A DNA stretch of 64,000 bases, taken from Eledone cirrhosa (Eukaryota). Position numbers and translations under genes: made by a program. Where the stretch lies: assembly GCA_964016885.1 (NCBI GenBank), contig OZ024743.1, forward strand, positions 62,496,001 to 62,560,000. Reading direction: 5' to 3'. Positions 55,701-63,979 of the stretch are shown here, one piece after another; position 1 is the stretch's first letter; every line of letters starts with the position of its first letter. A model generated the notes under the pieces. The model made no database searches. It was not told the origin of the DNA and was given only the letters and a program-made list of their open reading frames with translations.

Positions 55701-58700
55701 GTAGTAGTTGTTGTTATAGTAGTCATTACTGTAGTAGTAATTGTTGTAGTTGTTGTTGTTATAGTAGTCATTGCTGTAGTTGTAGTTGTTGTAGTAGTAG
55801 TTGTTATAGTAGTCATTGCTGTAGTAGTAGTTGTTGTAGTAGTAGTTGTTGTAGTTGTTGTTGTTATAGTAGTCATTGCTGTAGTAGTTGTTGTAGTAGT
55901 AGTTGTTGTTATAGTAGTAGTTGTTGTAGTTGTTGTTGTTATAGTAGTCATTTCTGTAGTAGTAGTTGTTGTAGTTGCTGTTGTTATAGTAGTCATTGCT
56001 GTAGTAGTAGTTGTTGTTGTAGTTGTTGTTATAGTAGTCATTGCTGTAGTAGTAGTTGTTGTAGTTGCTGTTGTTATAGTAGTCATTGTTGTAGTAGTAG
56101 TTGTAGTAGTTGTTGTTATAGTAGTCATTGCTGTAGTAGTAGTTGTTGTAGTTGTTGTTGTTATAGTAGTCATTTCTGTAGTAGTAGTTGTTGTAGTTGC
56201 TGTTGTTATAGTAGTCATTGCTGTAGTAGTAGTTGTTGTTGTAGTTGTTGTTATAGTAGTCATTGCTGTAGTAGTAGTTGTTGTAGTTGTGGTTGTTATA
56301 GTAGTCATTGTTGTAGTAGTAGTTGTTGTAGTTGTTGTTGTTATAGTAGTCATTGTTGTAGTAGTAGTAGTTGTAGTTGTTGTTGTTATAGTAGTCATTG
56401 TTGTAGTAGTAGTTGTTGTTGTAGTTGTTGTTATAGTAGTCATTGCTGTAGTAGTTGTTGTTGTAGTTGTTGTTGTTATAGTAGTCATTGCTGTATTAGT
56501 AGTTGTTGTAGTTGCTGTTGTTATAGTAGTCATTGTTGTAGTAGTAGTTGTTGTTGTAGTTGTTGTTATAGTAGTCATTGCTGTAGTAGTAGTTGTTGTT
56601 GTAGTTGTTGTTATAGTAGTCATTGCTGTAGTAGTAGTTGTTGTAGTAGTAGTTGTTGTTGTAGTTGTTGTTATAGTAGTCATTGTTGTAGTAGTAGTTG
56701 TTGTAGTTGTTGTTGTTATAGTAGTCATTGCTGTAGTAGTAGTTGTTGTAGTTGCTGTTGTTATAGTAGTCATTGTTGTAGTAGTTGTTGTTGTAGTTGT
56801 TGTTGTTATAGTAGTCATTGCTGTAGTAGTAGTTGTTGTAGTTGCTGTTGTTATAGTAGTCATTGTTGTAGTAGTAGTTGTTGTTGTAGTTGTTGTTATA
56901 GTAGTCATTGCTGTAGTAGTAGTTGTTGTTGTAGTTGTTGTTATAGTAGTCATTGCTGTAGTAGTAGTTGTTGTAGTAGTAGTTGTTGTTGTAGTTGTTG
57001 TTATAGTAGTCATTGTTGTAGTAGTAGTTGTTGTTGTAGTTGTTGTTATAGTAGTCATTGTTGTTGTAGTAGTTGTTGTTGTAGTAGTTGTTATAGTAGT
57101 CATTGCTGTAGTAGTAGTTGTTGTAGTTGTTGTTGTTATAGTAGTCATTGCTGTAGTAGTAGTTGTTGTAGTTGTTGTTGTTATAGTAGTCATTGTTGTA
57201 GTAGTAGTTGTTGTAGTTGTTGTTGTTATAGTAGTCATTGCTGTAGTAGTAGTTGTTGTAGTTGTTGTTGTTATAGTAGTCATTGTTGTAGTAGTAGTTG
57301 TTGTAGTTGTTGTTGTTATAGTAGTCATTGTTGTAGTAGTAGTTGTTGTTGTAGTTGTTGTTATAGTAGTCATTGCTGTAGTAGTAGTTGTTGTAGTTGT
57401 TGTTGTTATAGTAGTCATTGTTGTAGTAGTAGTTGTTGTAGTTGTTGTTGTAGTAGTCATTGTTGTAGTAGTAGTTGTTGTAGTTGTTGTTGTGATAGTA
57501 GTCATTGTTGTAGTAGTAGTTGTTGTTATAGTAGTCATTGCTGTAGTAGTAGTTGTTGTAGTTGCTGTTGTTATAGTAGTCATTGTTGTAGTAGTAGTTG
57601 TTGTAGTTGCTGTTGTTATAGCAGTCATTGCTGTAGTTATAGTTGCTGTTGTTATAGTAGTCATTGCTGTAGTAGTAGTTGTTGTAGTTGTTGTTGTAGT
57701 AGTCATTGCTGTAGTAGTAGTTGTTGTAGTTGTTGTTGTGATAGTAGTCATTGCTGTAGTAGTAGTTGTTGTAGTTGTTGTTGTTATAGTAGTCATTGCT
57801 GTAGTAGTAGTTGTTGTAGTTGTTGTTGTAGTAGTCATTACTGTAGTAGTAGTTGTTGTAGTAGTTGTTGTTATAGTAGTCATTGCTGTAGTAGTAGTTG
57901 TTGTAGTAGTTGTTGTTATAGTAGTCATTGCTGTAGTAGTAGTTGTTGTAGTTGTTGTTGTTATAGTAGTCATTGCTGTATTAATAGTTGTTGTAGTAGT
58001 TGTTGTTATAGTAGTCATTGCTGTAGTAGTTGTTGTAGTAGTAGATGTTGTTATAGTAGTAATTGCTGTAGTAGTAGTTGTTGTAGTAGTTGTTGTTATA
58101 GTAGTCATTGCAGTAGTAGTAGTTGTTGTAGTTGTTGTTGTTATAGTAGTCATTGCTGTAGTAGTAGTTGTTGTAGTTGTTGTTGTAATAGTAGTCATTG
58201 CTGTAGTAGTAGTTGTTGTAGTAGTTGTTGTTATAGTAGTCATTGCTGTAGTAGTAGTAGTTGTAGTAGTAGTTGTTGTAGTTGTTGTTGTTATAGTAGT
58301 CATTGCTGTAGTAGTTGTTGTTGTAGTTGCTGTTGTTATAGTAGTCATTGCTGTAGTAGTAGTAGTTGTTGTAGTTGTTGTTGTGATAGTAGTCATTGCT
58401 GTAGTAGTAGTTGTTGTAGTAGTTGTTGTTATAGTACTCATTGCTGTAGTAGTAGTTGTTGTAGTAGTTGTTGTTATAGTAGTCATTGCTGTAGTAGTAG
58501 TTGTTGTAGTTGTTGTTGTTATAGTAGTCATTGCTGTAGTTGTAGTTGTTGTAGTAGTAGTTGTTATAGTAGTCATTGCTGTAGTAGTAGTTGTTGTAGT
58601 AGTAGTTGTTGTAGTTGTTGTTGTTATAGTAGTCATTGCTGTAGTAGTAGTTGTTGTAGTTGTTGTTGTTATAGTAGTCATTTCTGTAGTAGTAGTTGTT

Positions 58701-61700
58701 GTAGTTGCTGTTGTTATAGTAGTCATTGCTGTAGTAGTAGTTGTTGTTGTAGTTGTTGTTATAGTAGTCATTGCTGTAGTAGTAGTTGTTGTAGTTGTGG
58801 TTGTTATAGTAGTCATTGTTGTAGTAGTAGTTGTTGTAGTTGTTGTTGTTATAGTAGTCATTGTTGTAGTAGTAGTAGTTGTAGTTGTTGTTGTTATAGT
58901 AGTCATTGTTGTAGTAGTAGTTGTTGTTGTAGTTGTTGTTATAGTAGTCATTGCTGTAGTAGTTGTTGTTGTAGTTGTTGTTGTTATAGTAGTCATTGCT
59001 GTATTAGTAGTTGTTGTAGTTGCTGTTGTTATAGTAGTCATTGTTGTAGTAGTAGTTGTTGTTGTAGTTGTTGTTATAGTAGTCATTGCTGTAGTAGTAG
59101 TTGTTGTTGTAGTTGTTGTTATAGTAGTCATTGCTGTAGTAGTAGTTGTTGTAGTAGTAGTTGTTGTTGTAGTTGTTGTTATAGTAGTCATTGTTGTAGT
59201 AGTAGTTGTTGTAGTTGTTGTTGTTATAGTAGTCATTGCTGTAGTAGTAGTTGTTGTAGTTGCTGTTGTTATAGTAGTCATTGTTGTAGTAGTTGTTGTT
59301 GTAGTTGTTGTTGTTATAGTAGTCATTGCTGTAGTAGTAGTTGTTGTAGTTGCTGTTGTTATAGTAGTCATTGTTGTAGTAGTAGTTGTTGTTGTAGTTG
59401 TTGTTATAGTAGTCATTGCTGTAGTAGTAGTTGTTGTTGTAGTTGTTGTTATAGTAGTCATTGCTGTAGTAGTAGTTGTTGTAGTAGTAGTTGTTGTTGT
59501 AGTTGTTGTTATAGTAGTCATTGTTGTAGTAGTAGTTGTTGTTGTAGTTGTTGTTATAGTAGTCATTGCAGTAGTAGTAGTTGTTGTAGTTGTTGTTGTT
59601 ATAGTAGTCATTGCTGTAGTAGTAGTTGTTGTAGTTGTTGTTGTAATAGTAGTCATTGCTGTAGTAGTAGTTGTTGTAGTAGTTGTTGTTATAGTAGTCA
59701 TTGCTGTAGTAGTAGTAGTTGTAGTAGTAGTTGTTGTAGTTGTTGTTGTTATAGTAGTCATTGCTGTAGTAGTTGTTGTTGTAGTTGCTGTTGTTATAGT
59801 AGTCATTGCTGTAGTAGTAGTTGTTGTAGTTGTTGTTGTGATAGTAGTCATTGCTGTAGTAGTAGTTGTTGTAGTAGTTGTTGTTATAGTACTCATTGCT
59901 GTAGTAGTAGTTGTTGTAGTAGTTGTTGTTATAGTAGTCATTGCTGTAGTAGTAGTTGTTGTAGTTGTTGTTGTTATAGTAGTCATTGCTGTAGTTGTAG
60001 TTGTTGTAGTAGTAGTTGTTATAGTAGTCATTGCTGTAGTAGTAGTTGTTGTAGTAGTAGTTGTTGTAGTTGTTGTTGTTATAGTAGTCATTGCTGTAGT
60101 AGTTGATGTAGTAGTAGTTGTTGTTATAGTAGTCATTGCTGTAGTAGTAGTTGTTGTTGTAGTTGTTGTTATAGTAGCCATTGCTGTAGTAGTAGTTGTT
60201 GTTGTAGTTGTTGTTATAGTAGTCATTGTTGTAGTAGTAGTTGTTGTAGCTGTTGTTGTTATAGTAGTCATTGCTGTAGTAGTAGTTGTTGTAGTTGCTG
60301 TTGTTATAGTAGTCATTGTTGTAGTAGTAGTTGTTGTTATAGTAGTCATTGTTGTAGTAGTAGTTGTTGTTGTAGTTGTTGTTATAGTAGTCATTGCTGT
60401 AGTAGTAGTTGTTGTAGTTGCTGTTGTTATAGTAGTCATTGTTGTAGTAGTAGTTGTTGTTGTAGTTGTTGTTATAGTAGTCATTGCTGTAGTAGTAGTT
60501 GTAGTAGTTGTTGTTATAGTAGTCATTGTTGTAGTAGTTGTTGTTGTTGTAGTTGTTGTTATAGTAGTCATTGTTGTAGTAGTTGTTGTTGTAGTTGTTG
60601 TTGTTATAGTAGTCATTGCTGTAGTAGTAGTTGTTGTAGTTGTTGTTGTTATAGTCGTCATTGCTGTAGTAGTAGTTGTAGTAGTAGTTGTTGTTATAGT
60701 AGTCATTGTTGTAGCAGTAGTTGTTGTAGTAGTTGTTGGTATAGTAGTCATTGCTGTAGTAGTAGTTGTTGTAGTAGTTGTTGTTATAGTAGTCATTGCT
60801 GTAGTAGTAGTTGTTGTAGTAGTTGTTGTTATAGTAGTCATTGCTGTAGTAGTAGTTGTTGTTGTAGTTGTTGTTATAGTAGTCATTGTTGTAGTAGTAG
60901 TTGTTGTAGTTGTTGTTGTTATAGTAGTCATTGCTGTAGTAGTAGTTGTTGTAGTTGCTGTTGTTATAGTAGTCATTGTTGTAGTAGTAGTTGTAGTAGT
61001 TGTTGTTATAGTAGTCATTGTTGTAGTAGTAGTTGTTGTTGTAGTTGTTGTTATAGTAGTCATTGCTGTAGTAGTAGTTGTTGTAGTTGCTGTTGTTATA
61101 GTAGTCATTGTTGTAGTAGTAGTTGTTGTTGTAGTTGTTGTTATAGTAGTCATTGCTGTAGTAGTAGTTGTAGTAGTTGTTGTTATAGTAGTCATTGTTG
61201 TAGTAGTTGTTGTTGTTGTAGTTGTTGTTATAGTAGTCATTGTTGTAGTAGTTGTTGTTGTAGTTGTTGTTGTTATAGTAGTCATTGCTGTAGTAGTAGT
61301 TGTTGTAGTTGTTGTTGTTATAGTCGTCATTGCTGTAGTAGTAGTTGTAGTAGTAGTTGTTGTTATAGTAGTCATTGTTGTAGCAGTAGTTGTTGTAGTA
61401 GTTGTTGGTATAGTAGTCATTGCTGTAGTAGTAGTTGTTGTAGTAGTTGTTGTTATAGTAGTCATTGCTGTAGTAGTAGTTGTTGTAGTAGTTGTTGTTA
61501 TAGTAGTCATTGCTGTAGTAGTAGTTGTAGTAGTTGTTGTTATAGTAGTCATTGCTGTAGTAGTAGTTGTAGTAGTTGTTGTTATAGTAGTCATTGTTGT
61601 AGTAGTAGTTGTTGTTGTAGTTGTTGTTATAGTAGTCATTGCTGTAGTAGTTGTTGTTGTAGTTGTTGTTGTTATAGTAGTCATTGCTGTAGTAGTAGTT

Positions 61701-63979
61701 GTTGTAGTTGCTGTTGTTATAGTAGTCATTGTTGTAGTAGTAGTTGTTGTTGTAGTTGTTGTTATAGTAGTCATTGCTGTAGTAGTAGTTGTTGTTGTAG
61801 TTGTTGTTATAGTAGTCATTGCTGTAGTAGTAGTTGTTGTAGTAGTAGTTGTTGTTGTAGTTGTTGCTATAGTAGTCATTGTTGTAGTAGTAGTTGTTGT
61901 AGTTGTTGTTGTTATAGTAGTCATTGCTGTAGTAGTAGTTGTTGTAGTTGCTGTTGTTATAGTAGTCATTGTTGTAGTAGTTGTTGTTGTAGTTGTTGTT
62001 GTTATAGTAGTCATTGCTGTAGTAGTAGTTGTTGTAGTTGCTGTTGTTATAGTAGTCATTGTTGTAGTAGTAGTTGTTGTTGTAGTTGTTGTTATAGTAG
62101 TCATTGCTGTAGTAGTAGTTGTTGTTGTAGTTGTTGTTATAGTAGTCATTGCTGTAGTAGTAGTTGTTGTAGTAGTAGTTGTTGTTGTAGTTGTTGTTAT
62201 AGTAGTCATTGTTGTAGTAGTAGTTGTTGTTGTAGTTGTTGTTATAGTAGTCATTGTTGTAGTAGTAGTTGTTGTTGTAGTAGTTGTTATAGTAGTCATT
62301 GCTGTAGTAGTAGTTGTTGTAGTTGTTGTTGTTATAGTAGTCATTGTTGTAGTAGTAGTTGTTGTAGTTGTTGTTGTTATAGTAGTCATTGTTGTAGTAG
62401 TAGTTGTTGTAGTTGTTGTTGTTATAGTAGTCATTGCTGTAGTAGTAGTTGTTGTAGTTGTTGTTGTTATAGTAGTCATTGTTGTAGTAGTAGTTGTTGT
62501 AGTTGTTGTTGTTATAGTAGTCATTGTTGTAGTAGTAGTTGTTGTTGTAGTTGTTGTTATAGTAGTCATTGCTGTAGTAGTAGTTGTTGTTGTAGTTGTT
62601 GTTATAGAAGTCATTGTTGTAGTAGTTGTTGTTGTAGTTGTTGTTGTTATAGTAGTCATTGCTGTAGTAGTAGTTGTTGTAGTTGTTGTTGTTATAGTAG
62701 TCATTGTTGTAGTAGTAGTTGTTGTAGTTGTTGTTGTTATAGTAGTCATTGTTGTAGTAGTAGTTGTTGTTGTAGTTGTTGTTATAGTAGTCATTGCTGT
62801 AGTAGTAGTTGTTGTTGTAGTTGTTGTTATAGTAGTCATTGTTGTAGTAGTAGTTGTTGTAGTTGTTGTTGTTATAGTAGTCATTGCTGTAGTAGTAGTT
62901 GTTGTAGTAGTTGTTGTTATAGTAGTCATTGTTGTAGTAGTAGTTGTTGTAGTTGTTGTTGTTATAGTAGTCATTGCTGTAGTAGTAGTTGTTGTAGTTG
63001 TTGTTGTTATAGTAGTCATTGTTGTAGTAGTAGTTGTTGTAGTTGTTGTTGTTATAGTTGTCATTGCTGTAGTAGTAGTTGTTGTAGTTGCTGTTGTTAT
63101 AGTAGTCATTGTAGTAGTAGTAGTTGTTGTAGTAGTTGTTGTTATAGTAGTCATTGCTGTAGTTGTAGTTGTGGTAGTTGTTGTTGTTATAGTAGTCATT
63201 GCTGTAGTAGTAGTTGTTGTAGTTGTTGTTGTTATAGTAGTGATTGCTGTATTAGTAGTTGTTGTAGTTGCTGTTGTTATAGTAGTCATTGCTGTAGTAG
63301 TAGTAGCTGTTGTAGTTGTTGTTATAGTAGTCATTGCTGTAGAAGTAGTTGTTGTTGTAGTTGTTGTTATAGTAGTCATTGCTGTAGTAGTAGTTGTTGT
63401 TGTAGTTGTTGTTATAGTAGTCATTGCTGTAGTAGTAGTTGTTGTAGTTGCTGTTGTTATAGTAGTCGTTGCTGTAGCAGTAGTTGTTGTAGTAGTTGTT
63501 GTTATAGTAGTCATTGCTGTAGTAGTAGTTGTTGTAGTTGTTGTTGTTATAGTAGTCATTGTTGTAGTAGTAGTTGTTGTTGTAGTTGTTGTTATAGTAG
63601 TCATTGCTCTAGTAGTAGTTGTTGTTGTAGTTGTTGTTATAGTAGTCATTGTTGTAGTAGTTGTTGTTGTAGTTGTTGTTGTTATAGTAGTCATTGCTGT
63701 AGTAGTAGTAGTTGTAGTAGTAGTTGTTGTAGTTGTTGTTGTTATAGTAGTCATTGCTGTAGTAGTTGTTGTTGTAGTTGCTGTTGTTATAGTAGCCATT
63801 GCTGTAGTAGTAGTTGTTGTAGTTGTTGTTGTGATAGTAGTCATTGCTGTAGTAGTAGTTGTTGTAGTAGTTGTTGTTATAGTACTCATTGCTGTAGTAG
63901 TAGTTGTTGTAGTAGTTGTTGTTATAGTAGTCATTACTGTAGTAGTAGTTGTTGTAGTTGTTGTTGTTATAGTAGTCAT
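46721..63979 (-). CDS. Uninterrupted poly-Thr (MTTITTTTTTTTTTA)n reading frame, mucin-like if translated; 5' end is outside the window
   Basis: 5752-codon open frame. However, ACA/ACT codons are not one step from a stop, and the C-terminus (GISTAGCPS*) is antisense RTE 3'UTR sequence. Confidence 0.15.
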   Translation of the reverse strand: MTTITTTTTTTTTTVMTTITTTTTTTTTTAMSTITTTTTTTTTTAMTTITTTTTTTTTTAMATITTATTTTTTTAMTTITTTTTTTTTTTTTTTAMTTITTTTTTTTTTTMTTITTTTTTTTTRAMTTITTTTTTTTTTTMTTITTTTTTTTTTAMTTITTTTTTTTATATTTITTATTTTTTTAMTTITTTTTTTTTTAMTTITTTTTTTTSTAMTTITTTTTATTTTAMTTITTATTTTTNTAITTITTTTTTTTTTAMTTITTTTTTTTTTAMTTITTTTTTTTTTTMTTITTATTTTTTTAMTTITTTTTTTTTTTMTTITTTTTTTTTTAMTTITTTTTTTTTTTMTTITTTTTTTTTTAMTTITTTTTTTTTTTMTTITTTTTTTTTTAMTTITTTTTTTTTTTMTTITTTTTTTTTTTMTTITTTTTTTTTTAMTTITTTTTTTTTTTMTSITTTTTTTTTTAMTTITTTTTTTTTTTMTTITTTTTTTTTTTMTTITTTTTTTTTTAMTTITTTTTTTTTTTMTTITTTTTTTTTTTMTTITTTTTTTTTTAMTTITTTTTTTTTTTMTTITTTTTTTTTTTMTTITTTTTTTTTTTTTTTAMTTITTTTTTTTTTAMTTITTTTTTTTTTTMTTITTATTTTTTTAMTTITTTTTTTTTTTMTTITTATTTTTTTAMTTITTTTTTTTTTTMTTIATTTTTTTTTTTTTTAMTTITTTTTTTTTTAMTTITTTTTTTTTTTMTTITTATTTTTTTAMTTITTTTTTTTTTAMTTITTTTTTTTTTTMTTITTTTTTTTTAMTTITTTTTTTTTAMTTITTTTTTTTTTAMTTITTTTTTTTTTAMTTIPTTTTTTTATTMTTITTTTTTTTTTAMTTITTTTTTTTTTAMTTITTTTTTTTTTTMTTITTTTTTTTTTTMTTITTTTTTTTTAMTTITTTTTTTTTTTMTTITTATTTTTTTAMTTITTTTTTTTTTTMTTITTTTTTTTTTMTTITTATTTTTTTAMTTITTTTTTTTTTTMTTITTTTTTTTTTAMTTITTTTTTTTTTAMTTITTTTTTTTTTAMTTIPTTTTTTTATTMTTITTTTTTTTTTAMTTITTTTTTTTTTAMTTITTTTTTTTTTTMTTITTTTTTTTTTTMTTITTTTTTTTTAMTTITTTTTTTTTTTMTTITTATTTTTTTAMTTITTTTTTTTTTTMTTITTTTTTTMTTITTATTTTTTTAMTTITTTATTTTTTTMTTITTTTTTTTTTAMATITTTTTTTTTTAMTTITTTTTTSTTTAMTTITTTTTTTTTTTTTTTAMTTITTTTTTTTTTAMTTITTTTTTTTTTAMTTITTTTTTTTTTAMSTITTTTTTTTTTAMTTITTTTTTTTTTAMTTITTATTTTTTTAMTTITTTTTTTTTTTTTTTAMTTITTTTTTTTTTAMTTITTTTTTTTTTAMTTITTTTTTTTTTAMTTITTTTTTTTTTTMTTITTTTTTTTTTTTTTTAMTTITTTTTTTTTTAMTTITTTTTTTTTTTMTTITTATTTTTTTAMTTITTTTTTTTTTTMTTITTATTTTTTTAMTTITTTTTTTTTTTMTTITTTTTTTTTTTTTTTAMTTITTTTTTTTTTAMTTITTTTTTTTTTTMTTITTATTTTTNTAMTTITTTTTTTTTTAMTTITTTTTTTTTTTMTTITTTTTTTTTTTMTTITTTTTTTTTTTMTTITTTTTTTTTTAMTTITTTTTTTTTTAMTTITTATTTTTTTEMTTITTTTTTTTTTAMTTITTTTTTTTTTTTTTTAMTTITTTTTTTTTTAMTTITTTTTTTTTTAMTTITTTTTTTTTTAMSTITTTTTTTTTTAMTTITTTTTTTTTTTAMTTITTATTTTTTTAMTTITTTTTTTTTTTTTTTAMTTITTTTTTTTTTAMTTITTTTTTTTTTAMTTITTTTTTTTTTAMTTITTTTTTTTTTAITTITTSTTTTTTTAMTTITTTTTTTINTAMTTITTTTTTTTTTAMTTITTTTTTTTTTAMTTITTTTTTTTTTVMTTTTTTTTTTTTAMTTITTTTTTTTTTAMTTITTTTTTTTTTAMTTTTTTTTTTTTAMTTITTATITTAMTAITTATTTTTTTTMTTITTATTTTTTTAMTTITTTTTTTMTTITTTTTTTTTTTMTTTTTTTTTTTTTMTTITTTTTTTTTTAMTTITTTTTTTTTTTMTTITTTTTTTTTTTMTTITTTTTTTTTTAMTTITTTTTTTTTTTMTTITTTTTTTTTTAMTTITTTTTTTTTTAMTTITTTTTTTTTTTMTTITTTTTTTTTTTMTTITTTTTTTTTTTTTTTAMTTITTTTTTTTTTAMTTITTTTTTTTTTTMTTITTATTTTTTTAMTTITTTTTTTTTTTMTTITTATTTTTTTAMTTITTTTTTTTTTTMTTITTTTTTTTTTTTTTTAMTTITTTTTTTTTTAMTTITTTTTTTTTTTMTTITTATTTTTNTAMTTITTTTTTTTTTAMTTITTTTTTTTTTTMTTITTTTTTTTTTTMTTITTTTTTTTTTTMTTITTTTTTTTTTAMTTITTTTTTTTTTAMTTITTATTTTTTTEMTTITTTTTTTTTTAMTTITTTTTTTTTTMTTITTATTTTTTTAMTTITTTTTTTTTTAMTTITTATTTTTTTEMTTITTTTTTTTTITTTTTTTTTTAMTTITTTTTTTTTTTTTTTAMTTITTTTTTTTTTAMTTITTTTTTITTTVMTTITTTTTTTTTTAMSTITTTTTTTTTTAMTTITTTTTTTTTTAMATITTATTTTTTTAMTTITTTTTTTTTTTTTTTAMTTITTTTTTTTTTTMTTITTTTTTTTTRAMTTITTTTTTTTTTTMTTITTTTTTTTTTAMTTITTTTTTTTATATTTITTATTTTTTTAMTTITTTTTTTTTTAMTTITTTTTTTTSTAMTTITTTTTATTTTAMTTITTATTTTTNTAITTITTTTTTTTTTAMTTITTTTTTTTTTAMTTITTTTTTTTTTTMTTITTATTTTTTTAMTTITTTTTTTTTTTMTTITTTTTTTTTTAMTTITTTTTTTTTTTMTTITTTTTTTTTTAMTTITTTTTTTTTTTMTTITTTTTTTTTTAMTTITTTTTTTTTTTMTTITTTTTTTTTTTMTTITTTTTTTTTTAMTTITTTTTTTTTTTMTSITTTTTTTTTTAMTTITTTTTTTTTTTMTTITTTTTTTTTTTMTTITTTTTTTTTTAMTTITTTTTTTTTTTMTTITTTTTTTTTTTMTTITTTTTTTTTTAMTTITTTTTTTTTTTMTTITTTTTTTTTTTMTTITTTTTTTTTTTTTTTAMTTITTTTTTTTTTAMTTITTTTTTTTTTTMTTITTATTTTTTTAMTTITTTTTTTTTTTMTTITTATTTTTTTAMTTITTTTTTTTTTTMTTITTTTTTTTTTTTTTTAMTTITTTTTTTTTTAMTTITTTTTTTTTTTMTTITTATTTTTTTAMTTITTTTTTTTTTAMTTITTTTTTTTTTTMTTITTTTTTTTTAMTTITTTTTTTTTAMTTITTTTTTTTTTAMTTITTTTTTTTTTAMTTIPTTTTTTTATTMTTITTTTTTTTTTAMTTITTTTTTTTTTAMTTITTTTTTTTTTTMTTITTTTTTTTTTTMTTITTTTTTTTTAMTTITTTTTTTTTTTMTTITTATTTTTTTAMTTITTTTTTTTTTTMTTITTTTTTTTTTMTTITTATTTTTTTAMTTITTTTTTTTTTTMTTITTTTTTTTTTAMTTITTTTTTTTTTAMTTITTTTTTTTTTAMTTIPTTTTTTTATTMTTITTTTTTTTTTAMTTITTTTTTTTTTAMTTITTTTTTTTTTTMTTITTTTTTTTTTTMTTITTTTTTTTTAMTTITTTTTTTTTTTMTTITTATTTTTTTAMTTITTTTTTTTTTTMTTITTTTTTTMTTITTATTTTTTTAMTTITTTTTTTTTTTMTTITTTTTTTTTTAMTTITTTTTTSTTTAMTTITTTTTTTTTTTTTTTAMTTITTTTTTTTTTAMTTITTTTTTTTTTAMTTITTTTTTTTTTAMSTITTTTTTTTTTAMTTITTTTTTTTTTAMTTITTATTTTTTTAMTTITTTTTTTTTTTTTTTAMTTITTTTTTTTTTAMTTITTTTTTTTTTAMTTITTTTTTTTTTAMTTITTTTTTTTTTAITTITTSTTTTTTTAMTTITTTTTTTINTAMTTITTTTTTTTTTAMTTITTTTTTTTTTAMTTITTTTTTTTTTVMTTTTTTTTTTTTAMTTITTTTTTTTTTAMTTITTTTTTTTTTAMTTTTTTTTTTTTAMTTITTATTTTAMTAITTATTTTTTTTMTTITTATTTTTTTAMTTITTTTTTTMTTITTTTTTTTTTTMTTTTTTTTTTTTTMTTITTTTTTTTTTAMTTITTTTTTTTTTTMTTITTTTTTTTTTTMTTITTTTTTTTTTAMTTITTTTTTTTTTTMTTITTTTTTTTTTAMTTITTTTTTTTTTAMTTITTTTTTTTTTTMTTITTTTTTTTTTTMTTITTTTTTTTTTTTTTTAMTTITTTTTTTTTTAMTTITTTTTTTTTTTMTTITTATTTTTTTAMTTITTTTTTTTTTTMTTITTATTTTTTTAMTTITTTTTTTTTTTMTTITTTTTTTTTTTTTTTAMTTITTTTTTTTTTAMTTITTTTTTTTTTTMTTITTATTTTTNTAMTTITTTTTTTTTTAMTTITTTTTTTTTTTMTTITTTTTTTTTTTMTTITTTTTTTTTTTMTTITTTTTTTTTTAMTTITTTTTTTTTTAMTTITTATTTTTTTEMTTITTTTTTTTTTAMTTITTTTTTTTTTMTTITTATTTTTTTAMTTITTTTTTTTTTAMTTITTATTTTTTTEMTTITTTTTTTTTITTTTTTTTTTAMTTITTTTTTTTTTTTTTTAMTTITTTTTTTTTTAMTTITTTTTTTTTTVMTTITTTTTTTTTTAMSTITTTTTTTTTTAMTTITTTTTTTTTTAMATITTATTTTTTTAMTTITTTTTTTTTTTTTTTAMTTITTTTTTTTTTAMSTITTTTTTTTTTAMTTITTTTTTTTTTAMTTITTTTTTTTTTAITTITTSTTTTTTTAMTTITTTTTTTINTAMTTITTTTTTTTTTAMTTITTTTTTTTTTAMTTITTTTTTTTTTVMTTTTTTTTTTTTAMTTITTTTTTTTTAMTTITTTTTTTTTTAMTTTTTTTTTTTTAMTTITTATTTTAMTAITTATTTTTTTTMTTITTAITTTTTTAMTTITTTTTTTTTTTMTATTTTTTTTTTTMTTITTTTTTTTTTAMTTITTTTTTTTTTTMTTITTATTTTTTTTMTTTTTTTTTTTTTAMTTITTTTTTTAMTTITTTTTRTTTTAMTTITTTTTTTTTTAMTTITTTTRTTTTAMTTITTTTTTTTTTAMTTITTTTTTTTTTTMTTITTTTTTTTTTAMTTITTTTTTTTTTAMTTITTTTTTTTTTAMTTITTTTTTTTTTAMTTITTTTTTTTTTAMTTITTTTTTTTTTTTTTTTTMTTITTTTTTTAMNTITTTTKTTTTTAMTTITTTTTTTTTTTMTTITTTTTTTTTTTTTTTTTMTTITTTTTTTAMNTITTTTKTTTTTTMTTITTTTTTTTTTTTTTTTTMTTITTTTTTTAMNTITTTKTTTTTTMTTITTTTTTTTTTAMNTITTTTKTTTTTTMTTTTGISTAGCPS